From NCBI GenBank assembly GCA_041303085.1, contig JBFYPV010000181.1, forward strand, positions 1 to 38,208: DNA of 38,208 bases, written 5' to 3'. The translations under genes were made by a program, and so were the position numbers. Positions within the stretch are counted from its first letter, which is position 1; every line of letters begins with the position of its first letter. A model generated the notes under the pieces. That model was not told the origin of the DNA. It worked only from the letters and a program-made list of their open reading frames with translations, and did not search any database. Source of the DNA: Crocinitomicaceae bacterium. Lineage in GTDB: Bacteria; Bacteroidota; Bacteroidia; Flavobacteriales_D; Crocinitomicaceae. Shown piece after piece: positions 17,086-25,445 of this stretch.

Positions 17086-18906
17086 ATGAAAAAACTTATA
17101 CTCTTTGTAAGCGCTATTGCATCTGTAGCTTATGCTCAAAAAGCACCGCGCATCCAGACTTTCCAAGAATTGGTAAAGGCGCCTAAAGTAACAACTGAGG
17201 CTGCAGCCGACCAAAAAATCCTTGGCGTTACACTATGGTCTGATGACTTCTCTAACCCTGCTAACTGGACCCTCGACAACTCTGGACAGAGCGGTATTGA
17301 GTTTGGTTGGAATATCAATAGTAGCAACGATGGTTGGTGGGCCGCAAGTGGCATCGCATCTACCTCTGGTGGCAATTGCGCTGAGCTGGTCAATGGCGAC
17401 CCTACAGCATCTCCTGCAACACAAGCCCTCAACGTAGTTTATACGCTTACTTCTGCACAACCTATCGATATCGCCAACTTAGGTGGCAGCAATCAAGTTT
17501 CTTTGCAATTCCAACAATACGGAGCGCGTTTCAACGACCTTCAAGAAATGCAAATTTCGACAGATGGTACTACATGGGTTACCGTAGGCAATAACCAAGA
17601 CAAACCGGTATTGTCTTCAGCTGGTGGTTCTGCTTATGCCAACCCGGATACCAAAATCATCAACTTAGCAACCTTTTTAACAGCAACGCCGAGCCCAATC
17701 TGGGTGCGTTTCTCTTGGACAACAGGTTTCCCTGCTTCAGCAGCTAATGCAAACGTATGGGTTACTTATGGTTGGTACATCGACGACGTCAAAATCGTTA
17801 CAAACCCAACCAACGACCTCTCTGTTACTTCCACTTTCTGGGGTACAGCTGGCTTGCCTTATTTCCAAATTCCAGATGAGCAAGTAACCGAAATTGGTTT
17901 CGCAGCAGACGTATTTAACGGTGGTGTCAATACACAAACAAACGTGAAATTGAACATCGACGCAAACAACGGCGCCTGGACAGGTTCATCTGCTCCGGCA
18001 AGCATCAACTCATTAGATACTGCAGCAATTGAACTCACCACTTTCTACACACCACCAGCCACACCAGGTAATATCTCTATTACACGCAACATTTCTGCAG
18101 ATTCTACAGACGACATCCCTGCCAATAACGTGATGTCTAATATCGATTTTGCGGTAACAGATTTCATCTATGCACGCGACAACGGAACGCCATCAGGAAG
18201 TACTTCAAACGGTACAGATGGTTTTGAATCGGGTAACCTTTTTGACATCTTCCAAGATGCAACATTAAAAGCAATCAATGTTCGTTTGCCAGGTGGTGCC
18301 AATGGAGCAACTGCTGGAACAGAAATTTTTGTGAAATTATATTCAGTAGATGCCACTACCGGTGACTTCGTTTTTGAATCAGAGTCTGCACCACTTGTAT
18401 TGGCTGCTAACAACCTCAACGTAAACTTGGTCATGGAACTCAATCCTTATGTAGACGTATTTGCCGGCACAACATATTTAGCTGTTGTAGGTGCATATTC
18501 TGCTGGTTTGCGTGTTTCTAACGCAGGTAAGTCTGAACCACAAACAACATTCTTCTTAGACATGGCAGACAACACTTGGTACTATTCTACCAACACGCCT
18601 ATGGTCCGCATGAACTTCGATCCAATTTTGAACGTAACTGAGCAAACAGAATTGAGCCAAGCCGTTGTGTTGCCAAACCCAACAGCTGCAAACGCTGCGT
18701 TGCGTTTTGACTTGAAAAATACAAGTGATGTCAACATCCTTGTAACCGATATTAGCGGTAAAATCATGCAAACAAATACACTTGCACAATTGACTGCAGG
18801 CGCACAAGAAGTGTCTTTAGCTTCAGAACAGTGGGCTGCAGGCATTTATACAGTGAGCATTACTTCTAACGGAAGCACACTTACTAAGAAATTTGTGAAG
18901 CGTTAA
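17086..18906 (+). CDS. Secreted protein of unknown function with a T9SS type-A C-terminal sorting domain
   Basis: Signal peptide 'MKKLILFVSAIASVAYAQ'. The C-terminus is 'VVLPNPTAANAALRFDLKNTSDVNILVTDISGKIM...AAGIYTVSITSNGSTLTKKFVKR'. I recognised no catalytic motif in the body. Confidence 0.75.
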   Translation: MKKLILFVSAIASVAYAQKAPRIQTFQELVKAPKVTTEAAADQKILGVTLWSDDFSNPANWTLDNSGQSGIEFGWNINSSNDGWWAASGIASTSGGNCAELVNGDPTASPATQALNVVYTLTSAQPIDIANLGGSNQVSLQFQQYGARFNDLQEMQISTDGTTWVTVGNNQDKPVLSSAGGSAYANPDTKIINLATFLTATPSPIWVRFSWTTGFPASAANANVWVTYGWYIDDVKIVTNPTNDLSVTSTFWGTAGLPYFQIPDEQVTEIGFAADVFNGGVNTQTNVKLNIDANNGAWTGSSAPASINSLDTAAIELTTFYTPPATPGNISITRNISADSTDDIPANNVMSNIDFAVTDFIYARDNGTPSGSTSNGTDGFESGNLFDIFQDATLKAINVRLPGGANGATAGTEIFVKLYSVDATTGDFVFESESAPLVLAANNLNVNLVMELNPYVDVFAGTTYLAVVGAYSAGLRVSNAGKSEPQTTFFLDMADNTWYYSTNTPMVRMNFDPILNVTEQTELSQAVVLPNPTAANAALRFDLKNTSDVNILVTDISGKIMQTNTLAQLTAGAQEVSLASEQWAAGIYTVSITSNGSTLTKKFVKR

Positions 18907-18926
18907 TTTCTTTCGCATTATATTTG

Positions 18927-18951
18927 AAAAGCCGGGCAACCGGCTTTTTTT
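18927..18951 (+). terminator. Rho-independent terminator
   Basis: AAAA-GCCGG (18931-18935), loop GCAA, CCGGC (18940-18944), followed by 7 T. It begins about 20 nt after the stop at 18906. Confidence 0.7.
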
Positions 18952-18957
18952 GTACAT

Positions 18958-19386
18958 ATGAGTTTTGAATACGGATATCTTGGCTTGTTTTTAGCTAGCT
19001 TTTTAGCTGCTACCATATTGCCTGTGGCTTCAGAAATATTCCTGACAACAATGCTCTTTATGGGTTTTGAACCCTGGACCTGCATTTTGGTGGCTACCTT
19101 AGGCAATACAAGCGGTGCTTGGCTCAACTATGGAATAGGTTTTTTAGGTAACCCTGCTTGGCTCCAAAAGTTAGGCGCAAAACCAGAAGCAATTGAGCGC
19201 TGGCATGTCAAAATACATCGTTATGGGAGTTGGATGGCGCTGCTGTGTTGGCTTCCTTTAATTGGCGATATCATCGGTATTGCGCTCGGCTTTTTTCGTG
19301 CGCCGTGGCTACCTACTTTTGTACTGATGGGCGTTGGAAAGTTGTTTCGTTACCTTTTGGTTTGGGCAGGTTATTATTTTTGGTAG
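18958..19386 (+). CDS. YqaA-family (DedA/SNARE-associated-like) small inner-membrane protein
   Basis: 142 aa with about 4 TM segments. Contains 'GYLGLFLASFLAATILPVASEIFL...LGNTSGAWLNYGIG...RYGSWMALLCWLPLIGD', which is typical of COG1238/YqaA. Confidence 0.7.
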   Translation: MSFEYGYLGLFLASFLAATILPVASEIFLTTMLFMGFEPWTCILVATLGNTSGAWLNYGIGFLGNPAWLQKLGAKPEAIERWHVKIHRYGSWMALLCWLPLIGDIIGIALGFFRAPWLPTFVLMGVGKLFRYLLVWAGYYFW

Positions 19387-20852
19387 GCTTTAAGGTATTC
19401 CAAAAATGGATCGCGCCGCTCAATGATGTCTTCTCTGGTGGCCTTGATGAGTACATCAGGGTTTATAGCCGAAAGAATACGTTCTTGTATATGAAATGGC
19501 GTAAATTTCAAGGTGGCGACCATGACATCCATATGTGCATGCTTTAAGGTAATAATAGCCGGATTTCCGAAAGTGCCACCCATACCGCCCATACAAGGCG
19601 TTCCTAGAATTTTGCCACGCTCGATGTGCTTGAACCACGCTGCAAACAAAACCGATGCAGACATCGAATTACCGTTCAGAACGAGGTCACAAGTCCCTTT
19701 ATAGACATAATTGCGGTCGTTTTCAGGAAGGTAGTCGTATAAAATAGTTTTAGTGGCCCCTTTTGGCAATTTGTAAAAATCATATTCTTTTGAAATGAGG
19801 CCGTTGGGATATACATTTTTAGCGCGGTTTTCAAATTGCATTTGCTGCATCGGACTTAAAAGAGCAAAACGGTCGTAATTGCTGCGTTTGTAGAGGTAAT
19901 TTGTTTTGACAGAAGCTTGCTTGGTATTGATATAGCTAAAGAGGTATTCTTCGGCGCGCAAGAGCCCACCAAGATTATTGCGAAGGTCAATATAAATAGC
20001 AGTACAGCGGCGTTTTTGTACTTCTTCGAAGAAGTCATCGATTTGCTTTTTATACATGTTAAGCGAAAGCGGCTGAAAGGACTCCACAACCAAGATGCCG
20101 TTGTTGTTCTCATCGAAAGAATAGCGCACTTCATCTTCTTGACTACTGAATAGGCCTGCTAAAAAGTATTTCCATGAGGTGCTAAATGCAATGTCTTTTT
20201 GGAGCGTATCTCCAGCAGGGCTAACCATTTGAACTTTGGCGCTTTTGGCTCGCCTTAAATTCATGGAGAGCAAATTGTAGACCACACTGATGTATTCGCT
20301 GGCCACTTCTTCTTTGGCAGCCGTGGCATCGCCTTCACTCAAACTCAGTGCCAAGGCGTAGTTAAATAATTGTTTGACGCTAAACGTATCGATTTGTAAG
20401 AGTTCAGCACCAATAATAAAGTCGGGATTATAGGCGCCGCTGATGTAAAATTTATCGCTGACCATTTCAACAAAGAAAGGCAGTACTTTTCGCTGGCCAT
20501 TGACTTCGTATAGAAATTGTTTAGGGTTGATGCCCGTATGTGAATCTTTGAGTGCAAACAAATAGGTATTCACAACAAGTGTAAAATCAAAAACTGTTAA
20601 GGGTTTGTCGATTTTTGCCTTGGCTACGTTATAGGCTTCACTGAGGTCGTTGAGGTTGCCGTAATAGGTAGGGTTGGGATGCGTATCTAAGATATGTTTG
20701 TGCAGCTGGGCTAAATCGGCCTGCATGGCTTCTGGACATAAATAGGTATACGCTGCAAGTTCTTTTTTGGGTTTAAAAGTACTTTGACATTGTTGTGCAA
20801 AGCCCAATGAGCAAAAGAGAAAAATTATAGCAAAAGAAGTCCAATGACGCAT
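19374..20852 (-). CDS. S41-like peptidase family protein, secreted
   Basis: Signal peptide 'MRHWTSFAIIFLFCSLGFAQQ'. S41 core motifs 'IYIDLRNNLGGLL' and 'NGNSMSASVLFAAW' (Ser context) are present. At the position of the canonical 'TFGKG' lysine motif the sequence reads 'GTPCMGGMGG'. The 3' end overlaps the yqaA-like gene convergently by 13 nt. Confidence 0.65.
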   Translation of the reverse strand: MRHWTSFAIIFLFCSLGFAQQCQSTFKPKKELAAYTYLCPEAMQADLAQLHKHILDTHPNPTYYGNLNDLSEAYNVAKAKIDKPLTVFDFTLVVNTYLFALKDSHTGINPKQFLYEVNGQRKVLPFFVEMVSDKFYISGAYNPDFIIGAELLQIDTFSVKQLFNYALALSLSEGDATAAKEEVASEYISVVYNLLSMNLRRAKSAKVQMVSPAGDTLQKDIAFSTSWKYFLAGLFSSQEDEVRYSFDENNNGILVVESFQPLSLNMYKKQIDDFFEEVQKRRCTAIYIDLRNNLGGLLRAEEYLFSYINTKQASVKTNYLYKRSNYDRFALLSPMQQMQFENRAKNVYPNGLISKEYDFYKLPKGATKTILYDYLPENDRNYVYKGTCDLVLNGNSMSASVLFAAWFKHIERGKILGTPCMGGMGGTFGNPAIITLKHAHMDVMVATLKFTPFHIQERILSAINPDVLIKATREDIIERRDPFLEYLKAYQK

Positions 20853-20889
20853 GCGCAGTTCTACGAGATTGTTTTAATTTTGTTCAACA

Positions 20890-21156
20890 ATGAGTCTTAT
20901 AAAATTAAGCATTTCTTTTCTTGCGGCAGCGGCACTCTTTTCGGCGTGTTCTCAGCCCGATCAAGCACAATGCGACTGCCTAAAGCAAGCGCAAAAAGTC
21001 AATCGCCTTTCAGAGGTCATTTGGTCTGCAACGGCCACGCACCAAGACACCATTTTGCTCAAGCAAGCACTTGAAAAAAAGGAGTCTATTTGCAAAAAAT
21101 TAGTACAAAGTACACCCGACGCTTTGCAACAACTAAAAGAGGCATGTCCACAGTAA
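20890..21156 (+). CDS. Small putative lipoprotein (88 aa), unknown function
   Basis: 'MSLIKLSISFLAAAALFSAC' is a lipobox-like signal ending in Cys. The mature part is helical and Cys-containing (CDC...C...C). It is divergent from the S41-like gene across a 37-nt spacer and ends 8 nt before the yfcH-like start. Confidence 0.45.
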   Translation: MSLIKLSISFLAAAALFSACSQPDQAQCDCLKQAQKVNRLSEVIWSATATHQDTILLKQALEKKESICKKLVQSTPDALQQLKEACPQ

Positions 21157-21164
21157 GAGACGAC

Positions 21165-22052
21165 ATGCCAACTGTGCTCATTGCGGGCGGCTCTGGCCTC
21201 ATTGGCGGCCATTTAACGCGTCATTTCAAAGACCGTGGCTACAGAGTATACAAACTTACGAGAAGTCCAAAAAAACACGGTCAAATCTATTGGAATCCAG
21301 AACAGGGTAAAATCAATACTAGCAAATTAGCTAAAGTTGATATCCTCATCAATCTGGCTGGTGAAAATATCGGTTCTAAGCGTTGGACGACCGAACGCAA
21401 AGCGCAAATCTTGTCTTCTCGCGTACAGAGCACCGAATTTTTAGCGTCTATCATCCCACAAATGACGCGGCTCAAATACTATATTGGCGCCTCAGGAGTC
21501 AATTGTTATGAGGCCATCCCCGATCAAGTTTTCAGTGAAGATGCTCCGTATGGCCACGATTTTTTGGCGCAAGTAGTCCAAGATTGGGAAAGCGCCCATC
21601 AGCAGGTATTGAAACAGGTTCAGGGCGCTATTTTGCGCATCTCTATGGTTTTGTCCAGACACGGCGGTTCTTTACACCTCATGAAACAACCTATTTATTG
21701 GGGAGTCGGCGCAGCAGTGGGCCCGGGTACGCAAAGCAGCCCTTGGGTGCACATCGACGATTTGTGCCGCCTCATGTTATTCGTCTATGACCAACGCCTA
21801 GAGGGCACTTATAACGTGCTTGGAGCCAATTCTACCAACAAAGAAATGACTCAGCGCTTGGCAAAATGGATGAAAAGACCGCTTTTCATGCCAAACATCC
21901 CTGCATTCTTTTTACGCTTTTTACTTGGTGAACGCGCTGTTTTAGTGCTTTCGGATTTAAAAGCGAGCAATCAAAAAATCATTGATGCGGGCTTTACTTT
22001 TAAATATTCTTCCTTAGATAGCACCTTTAAGTCCTTCTTTAAGAAGGGTTAA
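21165..22052 (+). CDS. TIGR01777/YfcH-family NAD-dependent epimerase-like protein (SDR with a DUF1731 C-terminus)
   Basis: Start set at ATG 21165 ('MPTVLIAGGSGLIGGHLTRHF', Rossmann GxxGxxG). Family-typical features are 'INLAGENIGSKRWT..RK..I..SR' and the C-terminal 'LLGERAVLVLSDLKASNQKIIDAGFTFKY'. Confidence 0.8.
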   Translation: MPTVLIAGGSGLIGGHLTRHFKDRGYRVYKLTRSPKKHGQIYWNPEQGKINTSKLAKVDILINLAGENIGSKRWTTERKAQILSSRVQSTEFLASIIPQMTRLKYYIGASGVNCYEAIPDQVFSEDAPYGHDFLAQVVQDWESAHQQVLKQVQGAILRISMVLSRHGGSLHLMKQPIYWGVGAAVGPGTQSSPWVHIDDLCRLMLFVYDQRLEGTYNVLGANSTNKEMTQRLAKWMKRPLFMPNIPAFFLRFLLGERAVLVLSDLKASNQKIIDAGFTFKYSSLDSTFKSFFKKG

Positions 22053-22134
22053 CGTTGGGTTTACATTAGGCCCTTATTTTCACCGCAAGTCTTTTTTCAA
22101 AAAGAAAAACAAGTACGTTCAAAAAAAATCGCGG

Positions 22135-23460
22135 ATGAAAAAAAAGGAAAAAATCTTTGTACTAGACACGTCTGTTCTTTTACATGACTTCGATGCAATT
22201 GTCAATTTCGATGAGCATTATGTAGCGATCCCCATTACGGTGCTCGAAGAACTCGATAAATTTAAAATTGGCAATGACACCAAGAATTTTTCTGCACGGG
22301 AGGTCATTCGTTTTATTGATAAACTCTCGGGTAGTGGTTCGCTACAGGAGTGGATTGCTTTGGGTAAAGGGCTTGGTAAATTCAAAGTCGTAATGGATGA
22401 GCAGCCTACTGGTCTGAATGCGGAAAAGGTCTATGCTATTGGCAAGAACGACCATAAAATCATCAATGCTGCGCTCAGCTTAATCGAGCTTGAGCCAAAG
22501 CGAACCGTCATCTTGGTAACCAAAGATATCAACTTGCGCATCAAAGCCAAGGCACTCGGTGTCATTGCAGAGGACTACGAAACCGGCAAAGTCAATTCCG
22601 CTGAAATACATGCGGCAGGAAAGTACGGTATAGAGGGCATAGATGCAGAAGTGATTCGCGAAATATTTACACGCGGAAGCATAGAGGAAAACGGTTTTCT
22701 CGGCGATAAAAAAGCGACAAATGGGTATTATATCCTAAAGAATGGAAAAACGTCTTCTCTGGCCTTCTATAATCACCATACAGATCAGCTCGAACGCATT
22801 GAAAAGGAATTTGTATACGGGATCAAGCCAAAAAATGCCGAACAAGCCTTTGCTTTTCATGCGCTTTTGAACCCCGATGTCAAATTAGTGGCCATGCAAG
22901 GTGTGGCGGGTACAGGTAAAACCTTACTTGCTTTGGCTTCAGCCCTCGAACAGCATAAGAAATTCAATCAAGTGATACTTGCCAGGCCATTGGTTCCGCT
23001 CTCCAATAAAGAAATTGGTTTCTTACCCGGAGACGCCGAAGATAAAATTGGTCCGTATATGGAGCCCCTTTGGGATAACCTCAAGTTTATCAAGTCTCAG
23101 TTTGGAGAAAATGAAAAGAAATACAAGGCGATACTCGAAATGGAGCAAACCAAAAGAATCGTCATTACACCACTCGCATTTATCCGTGGCCGTAGCTTAA
23201 GTAACATTATGTTTATTGTGGATGAGGCGCAGAACCTCACCCCTCATGAAGTCAAAACAATCATTACCCGGGCAGGCGAGAACACAAAAATTGTATTTAC
23301 TGGAGATGTACACCAGATAGACACCCCGTATTTAGATGAAAACAGCAATGGTTTAGCTTACCTGATTGATCGTTTGCAAGGGCAACCACTATTTGCACAT
23401 GTTCGATTAGAGAAAGGTGAGCGTTCGGAGCTGGCTAATTTGGCCAACGACCTACTGTAA
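22135..23460 (+). CDS. PIN-domain / PhoH-like ATPase fusion protein (PhoH2/YlaK type)
   Basis: N-terminal PIN ('IFVLDTSVLLHD', 'VLEELD', 'VTKDINLRIKA'). C-terminal PhoH with Walker A 'GVAGTGKT', Walker B 'FIVDEAQN' and 'VFTGDVHQID'. Confidence 0.85.
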   Translation: MKKKEKIFVLDTSVLLHDFDAIVNFDEHYVAIPITVLEELDKFKIGNDTKNFSAREVIRFIDKLSGSGSLQEWIALGKGLGKFKVVMDEQPTGLNAEKVYAIGKNDHKIINAALSLIELEPKRTVILVTKDINLRIKAKALGVIAEDYETGKVNSAEIHAAGKYGIEGIDAEVIREIFTRGSIEENGFLGDKKATNGYYILKNGKTSSLAFYNHHTDQLERIEKEFVYGIKPKNAEQAFAFHALLNPDVKLVAMQGVAGTGKTLLALASALEQHKKFNQVILARPLVPLSNKEIGFLPGDAEDKIGPYMEPLWDNLKFIKSQFGENEKKYKAILEMEQTKRIVITPLAFIRGRSLSNIMFIVDEAQNLTPHEVKTIITRAGENTKIVFTGDVHQIDTPYLDENSNGLAYLIDRLQGQPLFAHVRLEKGERSELANLANDLL

Positions 23461-24318
23461 TTTGAGCGGCGCAATACGCAGTAATTCTCCGCAATACAGC
23501 GTTTTTTCTGTTTGGCTTTCTAAGTAAAGTTCGCTGTGTTCTGCAGAGCGGCCTTCGAAATACATTTCAGCTAACTCTGTGAGGAGATTCGCTTCAATAG
23601 ACGGCGAGTAGGTATTGAGCGTCAGGCGCCCATTGGGGCTGAGTATTTGTGCACACGCAGCGAAAAGCTGATCGATTTTATCTTCTAGTTTCCACTTTTC
23701 ACCTTTGACGCCATTGCCCCAAGCAGGTGGGTCCATGAGGATGTAGTTGTATTGATGGCCGCGGCGGGCTTCTCTTTCGGCAAACTTAAGGGCGTCTTCG
23801 AGCACCCAATGAATGTTGAGTAGGCGGCTTGCGTCCATATTTTGGCTGGCCCAATTCAAGATAGATTTGGAAGAATCTATGTGAAAAGTGTCGGCACCTT
23901 TGAGCCTGGCCATGCAACTTGCAGCGCCGGTGTAGGCAAATAGATTCAGGAATTTGTCGTCTGAAGCAACGTGCGCATCGATGTGCGCCCAGTTAATGGC
24001 TTGTTCGGGAAAGAGGCCTACATGTTTGAATGTTGAGGTCCCGAGCACAAATTTCAAACGCCCATAAGAGATTTGCCATTCAGTTGGCGCATCTTTTTTG
24101 AGTGCTTTCCAGCGACCGGTTTTGCCTGGGCTTTCGGTGAATTCCCAATGGGCCAATTCCTTCCATTCGGTAAAGGGTTTGCCACTGTGAAAGTAAGCTT
24201 GTACATCGGGTCTGATGGTAATGATCTGGCCCCAGCGTTCGAGTTTTTTGCCACCTCCGGCATCAATTAATTGGTAATCTGGCCAAGAAGGCGCGATGGC
24301 GCGAGGCGTTTGAGACAT
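23452..24318 (-). CDS. Class I SAM-dependent methyltransferase (RlmI/RlmK-like Methyltrans_SAM fold, no PUA domain)
   Basis: 'YQLIDAGGGKKLERWG', motif I-like 'FLNLFAYTGAAS' and motif IV 'ILMDPPAWG'. The 3' end overlaps the phoH2-like gene convergently by 9 nt. Confidence 0.7.
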   Translation of the reverse strand: MSQTPRAIAPSWPDYQLIDAGGGKKLERWGQIITIRPDVQAYFHSGKPFTEWKELAHWEFTESPGKTGRWKALKKDAPTEWQISYGRLKFVLGTSTFKHVGLFPEQAINWAHIDAHVASDDKFLNLFAYTGAASCMARLKGADTFHIDSSKSILNWASQNMDASRLLNIHWVLEDALKFAEREARRGHQYNYILMDPPAWGNGVKGEKWKLEDKIDQLFAACAQILSPNGRLTLNTYSPSIEANLLTELAEMYFEGRSAEHSELYLESQTEKTLYCGELLRIAPLKLQ

Positions 24319-24320
24319 AA

Positions 24321-24902
24321 TTAACGCATTTTAGGGGTTTTCTTGCGACCACCCGTCATTTGGGCCATACGCATTTGATTTTTGGAAGGCGCCATCTGAA
24401 GTTGTTGTTGTAACATCTTGATTTGATCGCGCAACATACCGTTTTTATCGTGTTTTTTGGCTTCTGCAAGCAAGGTTAAAGCTTCTGGACGGCGGCCTGT
24501 TTGGGCACAGATGCCTGCCAAATGCATGCGTGCAACGGCGTTGTCTTCTTTTTGACGCAGACCTAAACTGATGGCTTTGCGCAGTAATTGTTCGGAGGCA
24601 GCAAAGCCGAGTTCTTGGGCGCCAAGCACTGCTTTGAGGTAAAGAATATAGGCATATTGCTTTTTAGGCAACAAGTGCGGGTGTGTGATTTTGTTGATAT
24701 AAGCTTTGGCTTTGTCTTGGTTTCCGACGCGCATTTGATTGAGCGCCAAGATCATGTTCTCATTTCTAAAAAACGTAAGAACGATGAGCGCGGTAATGAA
24801 AATAAAGAAAATGCCCCAGCCCCAGTGTCCGGAAACAAAGAGATAAACATTAAAAAAAGCGGCAACAAGCGCTAAAACGATGCGGATGATAAAAGCAGTC
24901 AT
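24321..24902 (-). CDS. Membrane-anchored TPR-like protein, unknown function
   Basis: Two N-terminal TM helices ('FIIRIVLALVAAFFNVYLFV', 'GWGIFFIFITALIVLTFF'), then helical repeat-like sequence and a basic tail. It sits 3 nt downstream of the ridA-like gene and 2 nt upstream of the methyltransferase, so an operon is likely. Confidence 0.6.
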   Translation of the reverse strand: MTAFIIRIVLALVAAFFNVYLFVSGHWGWGIFFIFITALIVLTFFRNENMILALNQMRVGNQDKAKAYINKITHPHLLPKKQYAYILYLKAVLGAQELGFAASEQLLRKAISLGLRQKEDNAVARMHLAGICAQTGRRPEALTLLAEAKKHDKNGMLRDQIKMLQQQLQMAPSKNQMRMAQMTGGRKKTPKMR

Positions 24903-24905
24903 AGG

Positions 24906-25343
24906 TTAAGATTCAATAGTGGCAATACATTTGAGTTCGATGGCAATAGGCGTAGGAAGAGAGGAAATCTCGACGGTGGTACGGCAAGGCAAGTTGTCTT
25001 TGAAGTATTCGGCGTACAACTTGTTGTAGGTGTGAAAGTCGCGTTTCATGTTGACCAAAAAGACAGTGACGTCTACAAGCTGATCCCAGGAAGAACCAGA
25101 AGCTTCTAGAATGATGCGCACGTTTTCAAATACGCTGCGGCACTGCGCTTCAAAATCAAAGGTGATGAAATTACCATTGTGATCGAGCTTGAGGCCTGGT
25201 ACTGAAGAATCATTGGCATCAGAACCTGCAACGCGTGGCCCGACACCAGATAAAAACAACAAATTGCCAACACGGCGTGCGTGCGGGTACAGACCTACTG
25301 GTTTGGGAGCGTTGTCTGTAGAGATACGTTCATTTACTGACAT
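24906..25343 (-). CDS. RidA/YjgF-family reactive-intermediate (enamine/imine) deaminase-like protein
   Basis: Start set at ATG 25343 ('MSVNERISTDNAPKPVGLYPHARRVGNLLFLSGVGP'). The family C-terminus is 'PCRTTVEISSLPTPIAIELKCIA'. The longer ORF running to 25529 would overlap the divergent GT2 gene. Confidence 0.8.
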   Translation of the reverse strand: MSVNERISTDNAPKPVGLYPHARRVGNLLFLSGVGPRVAGSDANDSSVPGLKLDHNGNFITFDFEAQCRSVFENVRIILEASGSSWDQLVDVTVFLVNMKRDFHTYNKLYAEYFKDNLPCRTTVEISSLPTPIAIELKCIATIES

Positions 25344-25358
25344 TTCACGGAATTTACG

Positions 25359-25366
25359 CAAATATA
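25359..25366 (-). promoter_or_regulatory. Possible -7 box (TATATTTG) for the ridA-like operon
   Basis: The minus-strand sequence TATATTTG is an exact TAnnTTTG match, 15 nt upstream of the ATG at 25343. I saw no convincing -33 TTG at the expected spacing. Confidence 0.25.
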
Positions 25367-25445
25367 GGGAAAGGCGAGCGATTTGAACGGATCTTAGTAT
25401 CAAACCCCAATCAAAAGCCAAGATTATTGCGTAAATTCGCTCTAA

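Noticed and set aside
20844-21074. Alternative ORF 20844-21074 (76 aa) and antisense ORF 20961-21212, both overlapping the small lipoprotein gene.
   Set aside because: The frame starting at 20890 has a lipoprotein-type signal and ends just before the yfcH-like start. The alternatives have no signal or motif, and the first would overlap the S41-like start codon region.
22091-22104. A CTTTTT-TC-AAAAAG palindrome upstream of the PIN-PhoH gene, considered as a possible operator or terminator.
   Set aside because: A 2-nt loop cannot form a hairpin. The sequence is pure A/T low complexity in an A/T-rich spacer, and no second half-site or repeat occurs elsewhere in the window.
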